Assembly (NCBI GenBank): GCA_050250895.1
Contig: JBFWNU010000006.1
Span: forward strand, 475,720-539,719
Direction of reading: 5' to 3'
Source of the DNA: Vulcanimicrobiota bacterium
GTDB lineage: Bacteria > Vulcanimicrobiota > Xenobia > Xenobiales > JADMJV01
DNA: 64,000 nucleotides
Every line of letters begins with the position of its first letter. Within the stretch, counting starts at the first letter, position 1. The translations under genes and the position numbers were made by a program. Shown here one piece after another: positions 1 through 9,596 of this stretch. The notes beneath the pieces are model-generated. The model ran no database searches. It had not been told where the DNA came from and worked only from the letters and a program-made list of their open reading frames with translations.

Positions 1-2
1 TC

Positions 3-422
3 GCTTCCATCGATACGGCCGCCTGGGCGGTGGTGGGGGCCGATGTCTGGAAGACCACTCCGTTTATGGCCCTGTTGCTGTTGGCCGGCCTGCAGACCAT
101 TCCCGATTCTCTCTATGAGGCGGCCGAGGTCGACGGAGCCGACACCTGGCAGCAGTTCTGGAGCATCACTCTGCCCAACCTGCGCCCGGTCATGCTGGTG
201 GCTCTGCTGTTTCGCACCCTGGACGCCTTTCGTATCTTTGACCTGGTCTATGTGCTTACCGGCGGCGCCTTCTCGACCGAGACCTTATCGGTGCTGACCG
301 CCGATGTCGCTTTCGGGTCGAGCGCCTATGGCCTGGGTTCAGCCTATGCCACCGTCACCTTCCTGTGCGTTCTCTTCATTTCGTGGGTCTTCATTCGTTG
401 GTTGGGAACCGAAGCCACATGA
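3..422 (+). CDS. carbohydrate ABC transporter permease (MalF-like), 5'-truncated by window edge
   Basis: WKTTPFMALLLLAGLQTIP and EAA loop YEAAEVDGADTWQQFWSITLP; stop overlaps next start (ATGA). Confidence 0.9.
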   Translation, partial: ASIDTAAWAVVGADVWKTTPFMALLLLAGLQTIPDSLYEAAEVDGADTWQQFWSITLPNLRPVMLVALLFRTLDAFRIFDLVYVLTGGAFSTETLSVLTADVAFGSSAYGLGSAYATVTFLCVLFISWVFIRWLGTEAT

Positions 423-1285
423 AGAAAACAGCACTCATTACGGGCATCGTGGTCTTTGTGGTTCTGGTCGCCTTCCCGTTCTTCTGGCAGTTTCTCACCT
501 CGCTGAAGTCGCCCGCCGAGGTGTGGGCGGCGCCCCCGGTCTGGCTGCCCACCGAGGGGTTCGAGCCCGCTCCCATCGAGTGGGGGGACGACACCTTCGT
601 GGCTCCCCGTTTCGTCGAGAACTACACGGCCATCTTCGCCCATCATCCTTTCGGTCGCTACCTGCTCAACAGTGCCATCGTCGCGACCGTGACCACCCTG
701 GTGTGCCTGCTGTTTGGCTGCATGGCCGGCTACGCTCTGGCCAAGTTGAACTTTCCGGGCAAGACAGCCATTTTGAGCCTGACCCTGACGGTCTCGATGT
801 TTCCTCAGGTGGCCATCGCTCCGACCCTGTTCCTGGTCCTAAAAAACTTCGACCTGATCGACCGCTACGCCGGATTGGTCCTACCGTATACCACTTTCGC
901 CATGCCGCTGGCGCTCTGGAACCTCACCACTTTCTTTCGCCAGATCCCCGATGAACTCAAGGAATCGGCCATCGTCGACGGAGCCACCCCCTGGAAGACC
1001 TTCTGGCAGATCTTCCTGCCCCTGGCCACCCCGGGCATCTTCACCACCGGCATCCTCACTTTCATCGCCGCCTGGAACGAATTTCTCTTCGCCCTCTACT
1101 TCACCAACTCCGAGGCCATGCGCACCGTGCCTGTCGGCATCGCTCTTTTTCCCGGTCAATACGAGGCTCCGTGGGGCCAGATCGCGGCGGCCAGCGTGGT
1201 CGTCACTCTGCCTCTCATCGTGTTGGTGCTGCTGGCTCAAAAGCGCCTGGTCTCGGGCCTTACCGCTGGCGCCGTGAAGGGGTAA
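419..1285 (+). CDS. carbohydrate ABC transporter permease (MalG-like)
   Basis: EAA motif ELKESAIVDGATPW, FIAAWNEFLFAL, C-terminal GLTAGAVKG; ATG at 419 coupled to upstream stop. Confidence 0.92.
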   Translation: MKKTALITGIVVFVVLVAFPFFWQFLTSLKSPAEVWAAPPVWLPTEGFEPAPIEWGDDTFVAPRFVENYTAIFAHHPFGRYLLNSAIVATVTTLVCLLFGCMAGYALAKLNFPGKTAILSLTLTVSMFPQVAIAPTLFLVLKNFDLIDRYAGLVLPYTTFAMPLALWNLTTFFRQIPDELKESAIVDGATPWKTFWQIFLPLATPGIFTTGILTFIAAWNEFLFALYFTNSEAMRTVPVGIALFPGQYEAPWGQIAAASVVVTLPLIVLVLLAQKRLVSGLTAGAVKG

Positions 1286-1310
1286 CCGGCCACTGCGCGA
1301 ACGGCCCGCG

Positions 1311-2585
1311 ATGCTCTGGCAACAAACATTGCAACGACTGGGCATCGGGGCCCGCTGGGTCGAACTGGCCGAGGAGGGCGAACGGGCCACCGCCGCTCGT
1401 CGTGAAGAGATCCGTCGCCAGGGAACCGTCCGGGGCTGGCGAGTGCTCGAGGCCTTGCAGGCTGCCGGCCTCGGCGAGGGACACTTTGCCAACACCACCG
1501 GTTATGGCTATGGCGACGGCGGCCGCGAGCTGCTCGATGAGGTGACGGCTGCCATCCTGGGCACCGAAGCAGCCTGTCTGCGGCTGCAGATCGTGAGTGG
1601 TACGCACGCCATCGCCGCCGGGTTGTTTGGCAACTTGAACCCGGGTGACGAACTGGTCAGCCTGACGGGCCCCCCCTATGACACCTTGATGCCGGTCATC
1701 GGGCCTGGAGCTTGCTCTCTAGCCGAGATGGGGGTCAGCTATCGCCAGCTCGAGCTGGATGGAAACGGTCGCATCGACTTCGACAAAATCCAGGATTTTC
1801 TCCGCCCGACGACCCGGATGGTTTTTCTGCAACGCTCGCGGGGCTACACCTGGCGCCCTTCTCACAGCGTGGCCGAACTGGAGAAAGCGATGACCCTGGC
1901 GCGCCGCGCGTGTCCCGAGGCTCTGATGATGGTCGACAACTGCTATGGCGAACTGGTCGAGCCCGACGAACCCTCAGCCGATCTGTTGGCCGGTTCTTTG
2001 ATCAAGAACCTGGGTGGGGGAGTGGTGCCCACCGGCGGCTATATCGCGGGGAGGCGCGCGGCGGTCGAGCGAGCCGCCAATCGTGTCACCGCTCCCGGGA
2101 TCGGCGGCGAACAGGGTCCCACTCTGGGCTTTGCTAGAAACCTCGCCCAGGGCCTGTTTCTAGCCCCGGGAGTCGTGGCCGCTGCCCTGGAAGGAGCGGT
2201 GTGGGCGGCCTGGATGTTCGAGCAGGCCGGCCTGGAAGCTTCGCCCGGCTGGAAAGAGCCCCGCACCGACTTGATCCAGGCAGTGCGACTGGGCAGCCCC
2301 GAGGCTCAGAAGGCTTTCTGTCGTGGCGTGCAGCGGGCAGGTCCGGTCGATCACAAAGCCACTCCGCAGCCGGTGGTGAATCCCGGCTATCGCGATCCCA
2401 TCCTCATGGCTGGAGGCACATTTATTCAGGGTTCATCGATCGAACTTTCTGCCGATGGTCCCCTGCGCGAACCCTACGCCTGTTATCTTCAGGGGGGACT
2501 CAACTTTGGCCACGTGCAGTTGGGGGCACTGCGCGCCCTGAGCGAACTCGAGACGGCAGGTTTCCTCCCTCGGGAAGGTCGCTAA
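1311..2585 (+). CDS. PLP-dependent methionine gamma-lyase-like / aluminium-resistance (YnbB) family protein
   Basis: TTGYGYGD, VSGTHAI, FLQRSRGY, VDNCYGE, GSLIKNLGGG, GGTFIQGSSIELSADGP motifs. Confidence 0.9.
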   Translation: MLWQQTLQRLGIGARWVELAEEGERATAARREEIRRQGTVRGWRVLEALQAAGLGEGHFANTTGYGYGDGGRELLDEVTAAILGTEAACLRLQIVSGTHAIAAGLFGNLNPGDELVSLTGPPYDTLMPVIGPGACSLAEMGVSYRQLELDGNGRIDFDKIQDFLRPTTRMVFLQRSRGYTWRPSHSVAELEKAMTLARRACPEALMMVDNCYGELVEPDEPSADLLAGSLIKNLGGGVVPTGGYIAGRRAAVERAANRVTAPGIGGEQGPTLGFARNLAQGLFLAPGVVAAALEGAVWAAWMFEQAGLEASPGWKEPRTDLIQAVRLGSPEAQKAFCRGVQRAGPVDHKATPQPVVNPGYRDPILMAGGTFIQGSSIELSADGPLREPYACYLQGGLNFGHVQLGALRALSELETAGFLPREGR

Positions 2586-2699
2586 CGGTTCTTGAAGAAA
2601 ATTCACAAAGGGTCGGCTGTGGGCTTGACCCAGGGGTAAGGCGGGGGCTAAAGGATTGCGATCGTGCGACCCGAAAGCCCACCATGTGGAGGTTTGGCC

Positions 2700-3521
2700 A
2701 TGCGAGTAGGAGTTTTTGACTCCGGAGTAGGCGGTTTGACGGTAGCGGCGCGGCTCTTTAAAGAGTTGCCCGAGCTGTCCATTCACTACTTCGGCGACAC
2801 GGCTCATGTTCCTTATGGCAGCCGCAGCGCCGAAGACGTGACTTATCTGGTCTGTCAGATTGCCAACTACCTCTACCAATCGGGCTCCGATGCCCTGGTG
2901 CTGGCCTGCAATACCTCGTCGGCGGTGGCCATCGAGGCCATTCGGGCCGAATGTCCGGTCCCGGTAGTGGGCATCATCGAAGCGGCTTGCCGAGCCGCCA
3001 ACGAGGCCACCCAGAATGGCCGCATCGGGGTGCTTTCGAACGTCTTGACCGCCCGCAGCGGAGCCTATGACCGGACCGCTCAATTTCAGGCTCAGCGCCT
3101 GGGATTACCCATCCCCCAGGTGATCAGCGTCGGCTGTCCCAAACTGGTTCCGTTGATCGAAGCCGGTAAAATCAACGGGGCCGAGCCCACCGAAGCACTG
3201 GCCGAGTATCTTGCGCCTCTGCTTGAGGCCGGCGTCGACACCCTGGTGTTTGGCTGTACCCACTATCCTTTTTTGGCCCATCTCGTGCGCGAGATGGTGC
3301 CCGCCGAGGTGCGCTTGATCGACCCGGGAGCGTTCGTGGCTCGCGAGCTCGAGGCGGTGGGGGTGACCCGGCGACTGGGCGAGGGGCCGCCGGAGCACCG
3401 CTTTGAGGTCAGTGGTTCGGCCTCTGATTTCGAGGCCAACGGCTCACGCCTGATGGGCCATCGCCTGGCCGGCGTGCGCACCGTCAAGCTGCTGTCGTCT
3501 CCTCAATCGGCCGCCAGTTAA
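2700..3521 (+). CDS. murI: glutamate racemase
   Basis: GVFDSGVGGLTV, PYG, LACNTS, FGCTHYP catalytic motifs; GGAGG RBS before ATG 2700. Confidence 0.95.
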   Translation: MRVGVFDSGVGGLTVAARLFKELPELSIHYFGDTAHVPYGSRSAEDVTYLVCQIANYLYQSGSDALVLACNTSSAVAIEAIRAECPVPVVGIIEAACRAANEATQNGRIGVLSNVLTARSGAYDRTAQFQAQRLGLPIPQVISVGCPKLVPLIEAGKINGAEPTEALAEYLAPLLEAGVDTLVFGCTHYPFLAHLVREMVPAEVRLIDPGAFVARELEAVGVTRRLGEGPPEHRFEVSGSASDFEANGSRLMGHRLAGVRTVKLLSSPQSAAS

Positions 3522-4705
3522 CGGGTCAACTGGGCGATGAGAGGCTGCAGCTCGCGAGCCCGTCGAGAGCCCTCCAGCACCGTTTCCAATCCCAGATCGA
3601 GGGCATGGAAGTCGTTGGTCTCGAGAGCCGACACGATCTTCTCGAGCCCCGCTTGACAGCTAGAAACCACCTGCTCGGCCTGACCCTGGACCGATTGCAC
3701 CTGACCGGCCACTTCCGGGGGCACCTCGAGTTCTGCCAGGCGGGTCACCACCCGACCGAACCGGTTGACCCGGTCGCGCAAGGTTTCAACCACGCGTCCG
3801 AGTTCCTCGGGCTGACCTCCGGTGCGAAAGGTCTCGACCTCGTCCACCAGCCTTCGCAAAGCCTCGGGCAACTCTCCGTGGCTGGCCTCCAACCCCTGTT
3901 CTCCCAGGCGCACATCCAGGGTGGCGTCGACCACTTCGGGGGCGGCCTGGGGTAACAAAGCGTGGCATTGGCTGCAACTTTTGGCCAGGGGCTGTTCGAG
4001 ACCGCACTGGACGCAGCGCAACCTGGCCTGGGGAGGCGATTCAAGAAAGCGGTAGAGTTCGACCATCAGGTGGCTGCCTTCTTCCAACTCTGCCAAACCC
4101 TGCTGTAGCTCCTCTTCGTTCTGTTGGGCAAGAAAAAGTTCGATTTTGGAGAGGCCGTCGTCCATGACGGCCAGGGCCTCCTGGAATTCGCCCTGCCGGT
4201 CGGCCAGTTCCGGAATTCCCTGGTTCTGTTCCACCCTCAGCCGAAACTCTTCAAAGAGCTCGCGAAACCCGGCTAATCGCTCGGCCAGAGCCTCGGGAGG
4301 AAGATGGCCCTCGAGCACAGCGTAAGCAACTCGGATCAGCTCGTGGATAAAAGGAGAATCCGAGAACTTTTCTTGCTGTTCTTCCCATCTGCGCAGCTGA
4401 CCGAAGGCCTCGAGCAATCGGTGGACCGTCTGTTTGAGGGCCTCGAGTAGCTCACGGTCGGCCTCGGATTCCTCTTGAGGTAGTTGGGAGAACAACAGGG
4501 CGAAGGCATCTTCGGCGGTCTGTCCCAGAGGCTGCAGCTCGCTGATGTAGCTGCGAAACTGAAACTCATAGAAGAAGCGGTCCTGAAGCTGCGTCAACTC
4601 GGCCTGCATCCGTTCGGACTGTTGATACAGGTCACTAAAAAGCAGATGGCCCTCGAGATACTTCTCGAAGGCCTTCTCGAACGGGTCGAAGGGCTCTAAC
4701 GTCAA
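3518..4705 (-). CDS. hypothetical acidic helical protein with central zinc ribbon
   Basis: 395-aa ORF, Glu/Leu-rich helices, CVQCG...SCSQC; overlaps neighbours by 4 bp. Confidence 0.75.
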   Translation of the reverse strand: MTLEPFDPFEKAFEKYLEGHLLFSDLYQQSERMQAELTQLQDRFFYEFQFRSYISELQPLGQTAEDAFALLFSQLPQEESEADRELLEALKQTVHRLLEAFGQLRRWEEQQEKFSDSPFIHELIRVAYAVLEGHLPPEALAERLAGFRELFEEFRLRVEQNQGIPELADRQGEFQEALAVMDDGLSKIELFLAQQNEEELQQGLAELEEGSHLMVELYRFLESPPQARLRCVQCGLEQPLAKSCSQCHALLPQAAPEVVDATLDVRLGEQGLEASHGELPEALRRLVDEVETFRTGGQPEELGRVVETLRDRVNRFGRVVTRLAELEVPPEVAGQVQSVQGQAEQVVSSCQAGLEKIVSALETNDFHALDLGLETVLEGSRRARELQPLIAQLTR

Positions 4706-5442
4706 GCGTAGGCCGTCGCGCCCTGGTAGCGGGCGTAGTTAGCGGTGATATTGCGAACGTAGTTCTGGGTTTCACGGAAGGGGGGGACCCCGCCGTATTT
4801 GTTGACGTTGCCGGGGCCGGCGTTGTAGGCGGCCAGGGCCAACCGAACGTTACCGTTATAGCGGCGCAACATCTGCGAAAGATACTTGGTGCCGGCCATG
4901 ATGTTTTGCTGAGGATCCATGACGTTGTTGCAACCAAGACTGCGAGCGGTAGCCGGCATCAGCTGCATCAGGCCGCCAGCCCCGGCACTCGAGGTCAGAC
5001 CGTTGCGGCCGCCCGATTCTTGCTGGATGACGGCTTTGATCAAAGCGGGATCGACATTGTAACGCTGGGCTGCCTGGTTGATGATGCCATCGTACTGAGT
5101 GGCCGGGCCCTGAGAGAACTGACCGCCGCCGGGAGGGCAGTAAGAGGGGGGAGAACCGCCAGGAGAGGGGTAGGAAGGGTAGGGACAACAACCCTGCGGA
5201 CTAAAGCCAAGACAGTTGCCCATGGAATTCATCGGCGAGAAGGGCATCATCGGGTATCCGCCCTGTCCGCCCCCCATCATCTGGCTCATCATCATCATCA
5301 GCTGCATCATGCTAAACAGCTGTGTCATTTGCATTCCGGGGTTCATACCGCAGCCCTGCATCGGCATGAACGGGCAACATCCAACTCCTGGCATCATATA
5401 GATAGACCGGTCCCTCTCTCTTTGTCTTTCGACCATGTTCAC
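4702..5442 (-). CDS. lytic transglycosylase (SLT domain) with Met/Gly/Pro/Cys-rich N-terminus
   Basis: AVIQQESG, GAGGLMQLMP, ALAAYNAGPG, PPFRETQNYV motifs. Confidence 0.9.
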   Translation of the reverse strand: MNMVERQRERDRSIYMMPGVGCCPFMPMQGCGMNPGMQMTQLFSMMQLMMMMSQMMGGGQGGYPMMPFSPMNSMGNCLGFSPQGCCPYPSYPSPGGSPPSYCPPGGGQFSQGPATQYDGIINQAAQRYNVDPALIKAVIQQESGGRNGLTSSAGAGGLMQLMPATARSLGCNNVMDPQQNIMAGTKYLSQMLRRYNGNVRLALAAYNAGPGNVNKYGGVPPFRETQNYVRNITANYARYQGATAYA

Positions 5443-5547
5443 GCATCTCTCCTGGCCCGTCTAGGGGCTGAGCAAGATTTTTCTGTTCAGAATTCTTTCA
5501 GAACCCTTTGTTAAACTCGAGGCGGTCAAGTTATAGGAGGGCCATCC

Positions 5548-6765
5548 ATGCGAATAACACCCATCGTTCAGCAAGCCTACACCGCACCCGGACGTGGTCC
5601 GGCAGCAACCCGTTCGGCCGAGGGGGCAGCCGACCAGGTCGCCCTGAGCAAGGCGGCCCCGAATCAAGCAGCGGCCACCGCTCTGACCCGCTTGATTGCC
5701 AGCAGCAACACTCAGAGCGCGAACGTCGAAGGTTTCAAAGTCCTGGATTCGATCGTCAAGACTTCTAGCAATCCAACCGAGCAAGCCTTCGCCAGAGCCG
5801 CCCACAGCGCGGTGGGCAAACGAGCCTGGCCCGAGACCATCAACAAGGTCGAACAGTTTGCTCTGGGCAAGATGGCTGACGGAGTGGCCGGAGCCACCGG
5901 TCAGGTCCTGGCCGATCTGGGCACGGCTGTGGCCGATAGCGCCAAGGAGCCGGGCGAAGTGCGCCGCATGGGTCGCGCCGTCATGGAAGAGGTAGCCAGG
6001 TCCAGTCAGAGTCCGACCGAAAAGGCTTACGCCTCGGCGGTGCTCAACGCCGTCTGTGAGCAGGGCTATATCGAAGATTCGAGCGCGGCGAACGTGCTCA
6101 AAGAGGCTTTCAGTGTCTTGTCGGCCGGCGCTCCCGCCGACAGCGACAAAGCCATCGCCGAGCTTGGCAAGAAATTGCCTCAACTGGCGGCCGACGAGGG
6201 CAACGCCTGCAAAATGGGCGCCAAGTTGTTCGACAGCATGAAAGAGTCGGGAGCCAACGTCAACGCCCAGCGGGGTTCCGAAATCTCTTCGAAGTATGCT
6301 CAGACTTCGCCCAAGCTGCTAAAGGACCAGCAGGATCTCTTCGGTCATGTGGTCGCCGGCACCGAGAGCAGCCTGGCTCGCCCGGCCTTCAAGTTCGAAG
6401 CTAGCCCCAACATGAACGCGGCCGCCACCTTCGTGGCTGCGGCCGGACTGCAAGCCGCTCTGGCTGCCGCCCCCATTCCCGGAGGTTTCGCCGGCTGGAT
6501 TGCCTCGGCGGTGGTTGGCGGGGTGGCCTTTGCCGGCATCAAAGGGATCTACAACGGCGTGCTGGCTCACAGCAAACAGATTAACGGAGAGCCCAGCCAG
6601 GGCTTCGGTCATGGCTTCAAGCTCGGCTTCAAGAGCAACCTCTGGCCTTCGATGATTCACGGCTCGATTCAGACGGCTGCCTACAGCTTGATGGGCCCGC
6701 CCTGGTCGTTCGTGGCTGGCCCGGCCGTCAGCGCCGCTCTCAACCGCTTCACCCCCATCGGCTAA
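5548..6765 (+). CDS. hypothetical Ala-rich protein with C-terminal hydrophobic segments
   Basis: 405-aa ORF, strong AGGAGG RBS, C/G third-position codon bias; no recognisable domain. Confidence 0.8.
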   Translation: MRITPIVQQAYTAPGRGPAATRSAEGAADQVALSKAAPNQAAATALTRLIASSNTQSANVEGFKVLDSIVKTSSNPTEQAFARAAHSAVGKRAWPETINKVEQFALGKMADGVAGATGQVLADLGTAVADSAKEPGEVRRMGRAVMEEVARSSQSPTEKAYASAVLNAVCEQGYIEDSSAANVLKEAFSVLSAGAPADSDKAIAELGKKLPQLAADEGNACKMGAKLFDSMKESGANVNAQRGSEISSKYAQTSPKLLKDQQDLFGHVVAGTESSLARPAFKFEASPNMNAAATFVAAAGLQAALAAAPIPGGFAGWIASAVVGGVAFAGIKGIYNGVLAHSKQINGEPSQGFGHGFKLGFKSNLWPSMIHGSIQTAAYSLMGPPWSFVAGPAVSAALNRFTPIG

Positions 6766-6879
6766 GTCGGCCCAGCGCCCCCACGGAGTCGGCCCGGCGG
6801 CGCGGCGCGAAGCGCAGTTCGGGAAAATTTCAGGGCTGAAATCTATACTGAAGGTAAGCTCTGAAAGGAACGGTCATCT

Positions 6880-7836
6880 TTGGGACTCAGAACGGTCGAC
6901 ATCTACCACATCAACGATTTTCACCGTCGTCTGAATCCCTGTAGCGATGGAACGGGTGGAGCCGCTCGTCTGAGCACGGTGCTGCGTTCAGCCAAAGAGC
7001 AAAACCCCGAAGCCATCATCGCCAACGTTGGCGACGTGGCCGGCGATAACACCGTTCCCGGGCCTCACGCTTTCGATCCTTTGGCCGACCTGTTCGACCG
7101 TATGGGCGTCGACTATCTCGGCCTGGGCAATCACGAATTCGAAGACCCCACCGGCGGCTACCAGAGCCTGCGCGAAGGGCTGATTGCGCCCTTCGGTGGC
7201 AAAGTATTGTGCGCCAACGTCACCGAGATCGGCACGAGCAAGCCGCTACCGGGCACCGACGCCTACGCTATCCATCGGGTTGCCGGCCTCAATATCGCTT
7301 TCATCGGGGTGGTGACACGCTCGCTGGCCAGCGCCATGTTTCCCGCCGCCGGAGCCGGGCTGGCCGTGGCCCCGCTGGAAGATACCCTGCGAGAGCTGGT
7401 GCCCCAGGTGCGCGCCGAGGGCGCCGACGCAGTGGTGGTGCTGGGTCACGACGGCTTGAGGAAGATGAAGGATGTGGCCGCGTCGGTCGAGGGGATCGAC
7501 GTCATCCTGGCCGCTCACGATCATCGCACCACGGACCAACCCGAGTTCGTCGAGGCCCCCGATGGCCGCCTGACGGCCGTGGCTGAAGCGGGTGGTTACG
7601 GACGGTCGGTGGGACACATTCAATTACAGTTCAATGCAGACGGCAAACTGACGGGAGTGACCGGCGAAATGTTGCCGGTCACCCCAGACATCACCCCTGA
7701 CCAGCAGGTGATGGACATGTTGGCCGTCTACGAGCATCCAGAACGCGTCACCGAGGTTCCAACCAAGCAGTGGGTCACTCTAGAGGGTGGTTTCGCTGAG
7801 CTTGCGGAGCATTTTAAGGAAAGCCAGAAACCATGA
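6880..7836 (+). CDS. calcineurin-like metallophosphoesterase (5'-nucleotidase N-terminal domain only)
   Basis: HINDFH, VGD, LGNHEF, LGHDG, AAHDH metal motifs; lacks the C-terminal substrate-binding domain. Confidence 0.85.
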   Translation: MGLRTVDIYHINDFHRRLNPCSDGTGGAARLSTVLRSAKEQNPEAIIANVGDVAGDNTVPGPHAFDPLADLFDRMGVDYLGLGNHEFEDPTGGYQSLREGLIAPFGGKVLCANVTEIGTSKPLPGTDAYAIHRVAGLNIAFIGVVTRSLASAMFPAAGAGLAVAPLEDTLRELVPQVRAEGADAVVVLGHDGLRKMKDVAASVEGIDVILAAHDHRTTDQPEFVEAPDGRLTAVAEAGGYGRSVGHIQLQFNADGKLTGVTGEMLPVTPDITPDQQVMDMLAVYEHPERVTEVPTKQWVTLEGGFAELAEHFKESQKP

Positions 7837-9596
7837 TCTCTTCTACTTTTACCAATCCCAGCGCCACCCGTGCCCTTTTCCATCGGGCCCAGCAGCAACA
7901 CCACGCCAAACACGGCGGCGGCGACCAGGTGCAGTTACGCGGCGGCCACGATCGCGAAGACTATCACACCACCCTGGCCCGTTTTCGTGACCAACTCCAG
8001 GCTCGCGAGGACCTGGGCCTGGTGCCCAATGCCGAAATGGGCAAGATTTTTGAAGAGATTCTGGCCGACAAAACCCCCACCGAAGACCTCAAGATCATCG
8101 CCGACCGCAAGATGGCCGATGCGGGTTTGGCTCCCGCCTTCACGCGGGCGGTGCTCGACCAGGCCGCAGCGATCAAAGGGCCGGCCATGCCGGGGCCAAA
8201 CGACTCGCACATTCGCGACCTGCGCCACGTCAAGATGACCTCGATCGACAATGGCACGCTCAATCCCAAGACGCGCGAGCTCGAGCACGCTTCGATGGAT
8301 ATCGATCAGCTCAGCGCCGGCGAAAAGCTGCCTGACGGACGCATCCGCATCTACGTGGCCATCGCCGACGTAGACTCTCTGGTCAAACAGGGCGACGCCC
8401 TCGACCAGGCGGCTGCCCACAACACCAGCACCGTATACACCGACGACAAAATCTATCCGATGATTCCGACCAACATCTCGGAGGGGCATACCTCGCTCAA
8501 CCCGGGCGAAGATCGCCTGGCCATGGTCAAAGAATACGTGGTCGGCCTCAACGGCGAGATTGAAGAAGGCCAGGTCTATCAGGCCATGGTGCACAACCAC
8601 GGCAAGATGGCTTACGAGAGCGTGGCCGACTGGATGGGAGAACAGCAGGGTCCCACCCCGCCTCCCCTCGAGAACCCGGCTATCGCCGAGCAGGTTCGCG
8701 TGCAAGACGAAGCCGCTCAGCGCATCAAAGCGGCTCGCTTTGGCAACGGTTCGATCACCCTCGAGAGCAGCGAAACCCGAGCCACGATGGAGAACGGCGA
8801 GGTCAAAGAACTCGAGAAACATCGCCAGAACCGGGCCCACGAACTGATCGAGAATTTGATGATCGGAGCCAACCAGGTCACCGCCCGTTTCTTGGCCGAC
8901 CGTGGTTATCCCAGTCTGCGCCGTATCGTCAAGACGCCCGAGAAGTGGGACCACATCGTCGACCTGGCCAAAAGCCTGGGCCACGACCTGCCCAAGTCTC
9001 CCGACTCGAAGGCTCTCAATGAGTTTCTTGAGGGTCAGAAGGCCGCCGACCCTAACCACTTCCAAGACTTGTCGCTCAAAGTGGTCAAATACATCGGTCG
9101 CGGCGAGTACGTGGTCGACTCGCCGGAGGAGCCGGCGGTTGGGCACTTCTGCCTGGCCCTGTCGGATTACTCGCACTCGACCGCTCCCAACCGCCGCTAT
9201 GCCGACCTGGTATTGCAGCGCATCGAGAAGGCCGCCGCTTTGGGCCAGCCCTGCCCCTACACCCTCGAAGAACTGACCGAGATCGCCGCCCACCTGAGCA
9301 AGCAAGAAGCCGAGATCAAAAAGGTCGAGCGCCAGGTCAATCACTCGGCCCAGGCCAAGTTGATGAAGGCGCATATCGGAGAGAACTTCGCTGGCGTGGT
9401 CCAGCAGGCGACCGCCCAGGGAACCTTCGTGCGACTACCCGACCCGCCCGTTCAGGGCAAGGTCGTTCAGGGCGCCAACGGCCTGGAAGAGCGTCAGGAT
9501 GTCGAGGTTACTCTCAAATCGGTCAACGTCGAAAAGGGATGGATCGACTTCGTGGTGGACGAGAGTAGCCACGGGGGATTCCTCACTGCCGGCTAG
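7833..9596 (+). CDS. RNB-domain exoribonuclease (RNase II/R family) with N-terminal extension
   Basis: SIDN...DIDQ, VAIADV, LIENLMIGAN, YSHSTAPNRRYADL, C-terminal S1-like domain. Confidence 0.9.
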   Translation: MISSTFTNPSATRALFHRAQQQHHAKHGGGDQVQLRGGHDREDYHTTLARFRDQLQAREDLGLVPNAEMGKIFEEILADKTPTEDLKIIADRKMADAGLAPAFTRAVLDQAAAIKGPAMPGPNDSHIRDLRHVKMTSIDNGTLNPKTRELEHASMDIDQLSAGEKLPDGRIRIYVAIADVDSLVKQGDALDQAAAHNTSTVYTDDKIYPMIPTNISEGHTSLNPGEDRLAMVKEYVVGLNGEIEEGQVYQAMVHNHGKMAYESVADWMGEQQGPTPPPLENPAIAEQVRVQDEAAQRIKAARFGNGSITLESSETRATMENGEVKELEKHRQNRAHELIENLMIGANQVTARFLADRGYPSLRRIVKTPEKWDHIVDLAKSLGHDLPKSPDSKALNEFLEGQKAADPNHFQDLSLKVVKYIGRGEYVVDSPEEPAVGHFCLALSDYSHSTAPNRRYADLVLQRIEKAAALGQPCPYTLEELTEIAAHLSKQEAEIKKVERQVNHSAQAKLMKAHIGENFAGVVQQATAQGTFVRLPDPPVQGKVVQGANGLEERQDVEVTLKSVNVEKGWIDFVVDESSHGGFLTAG

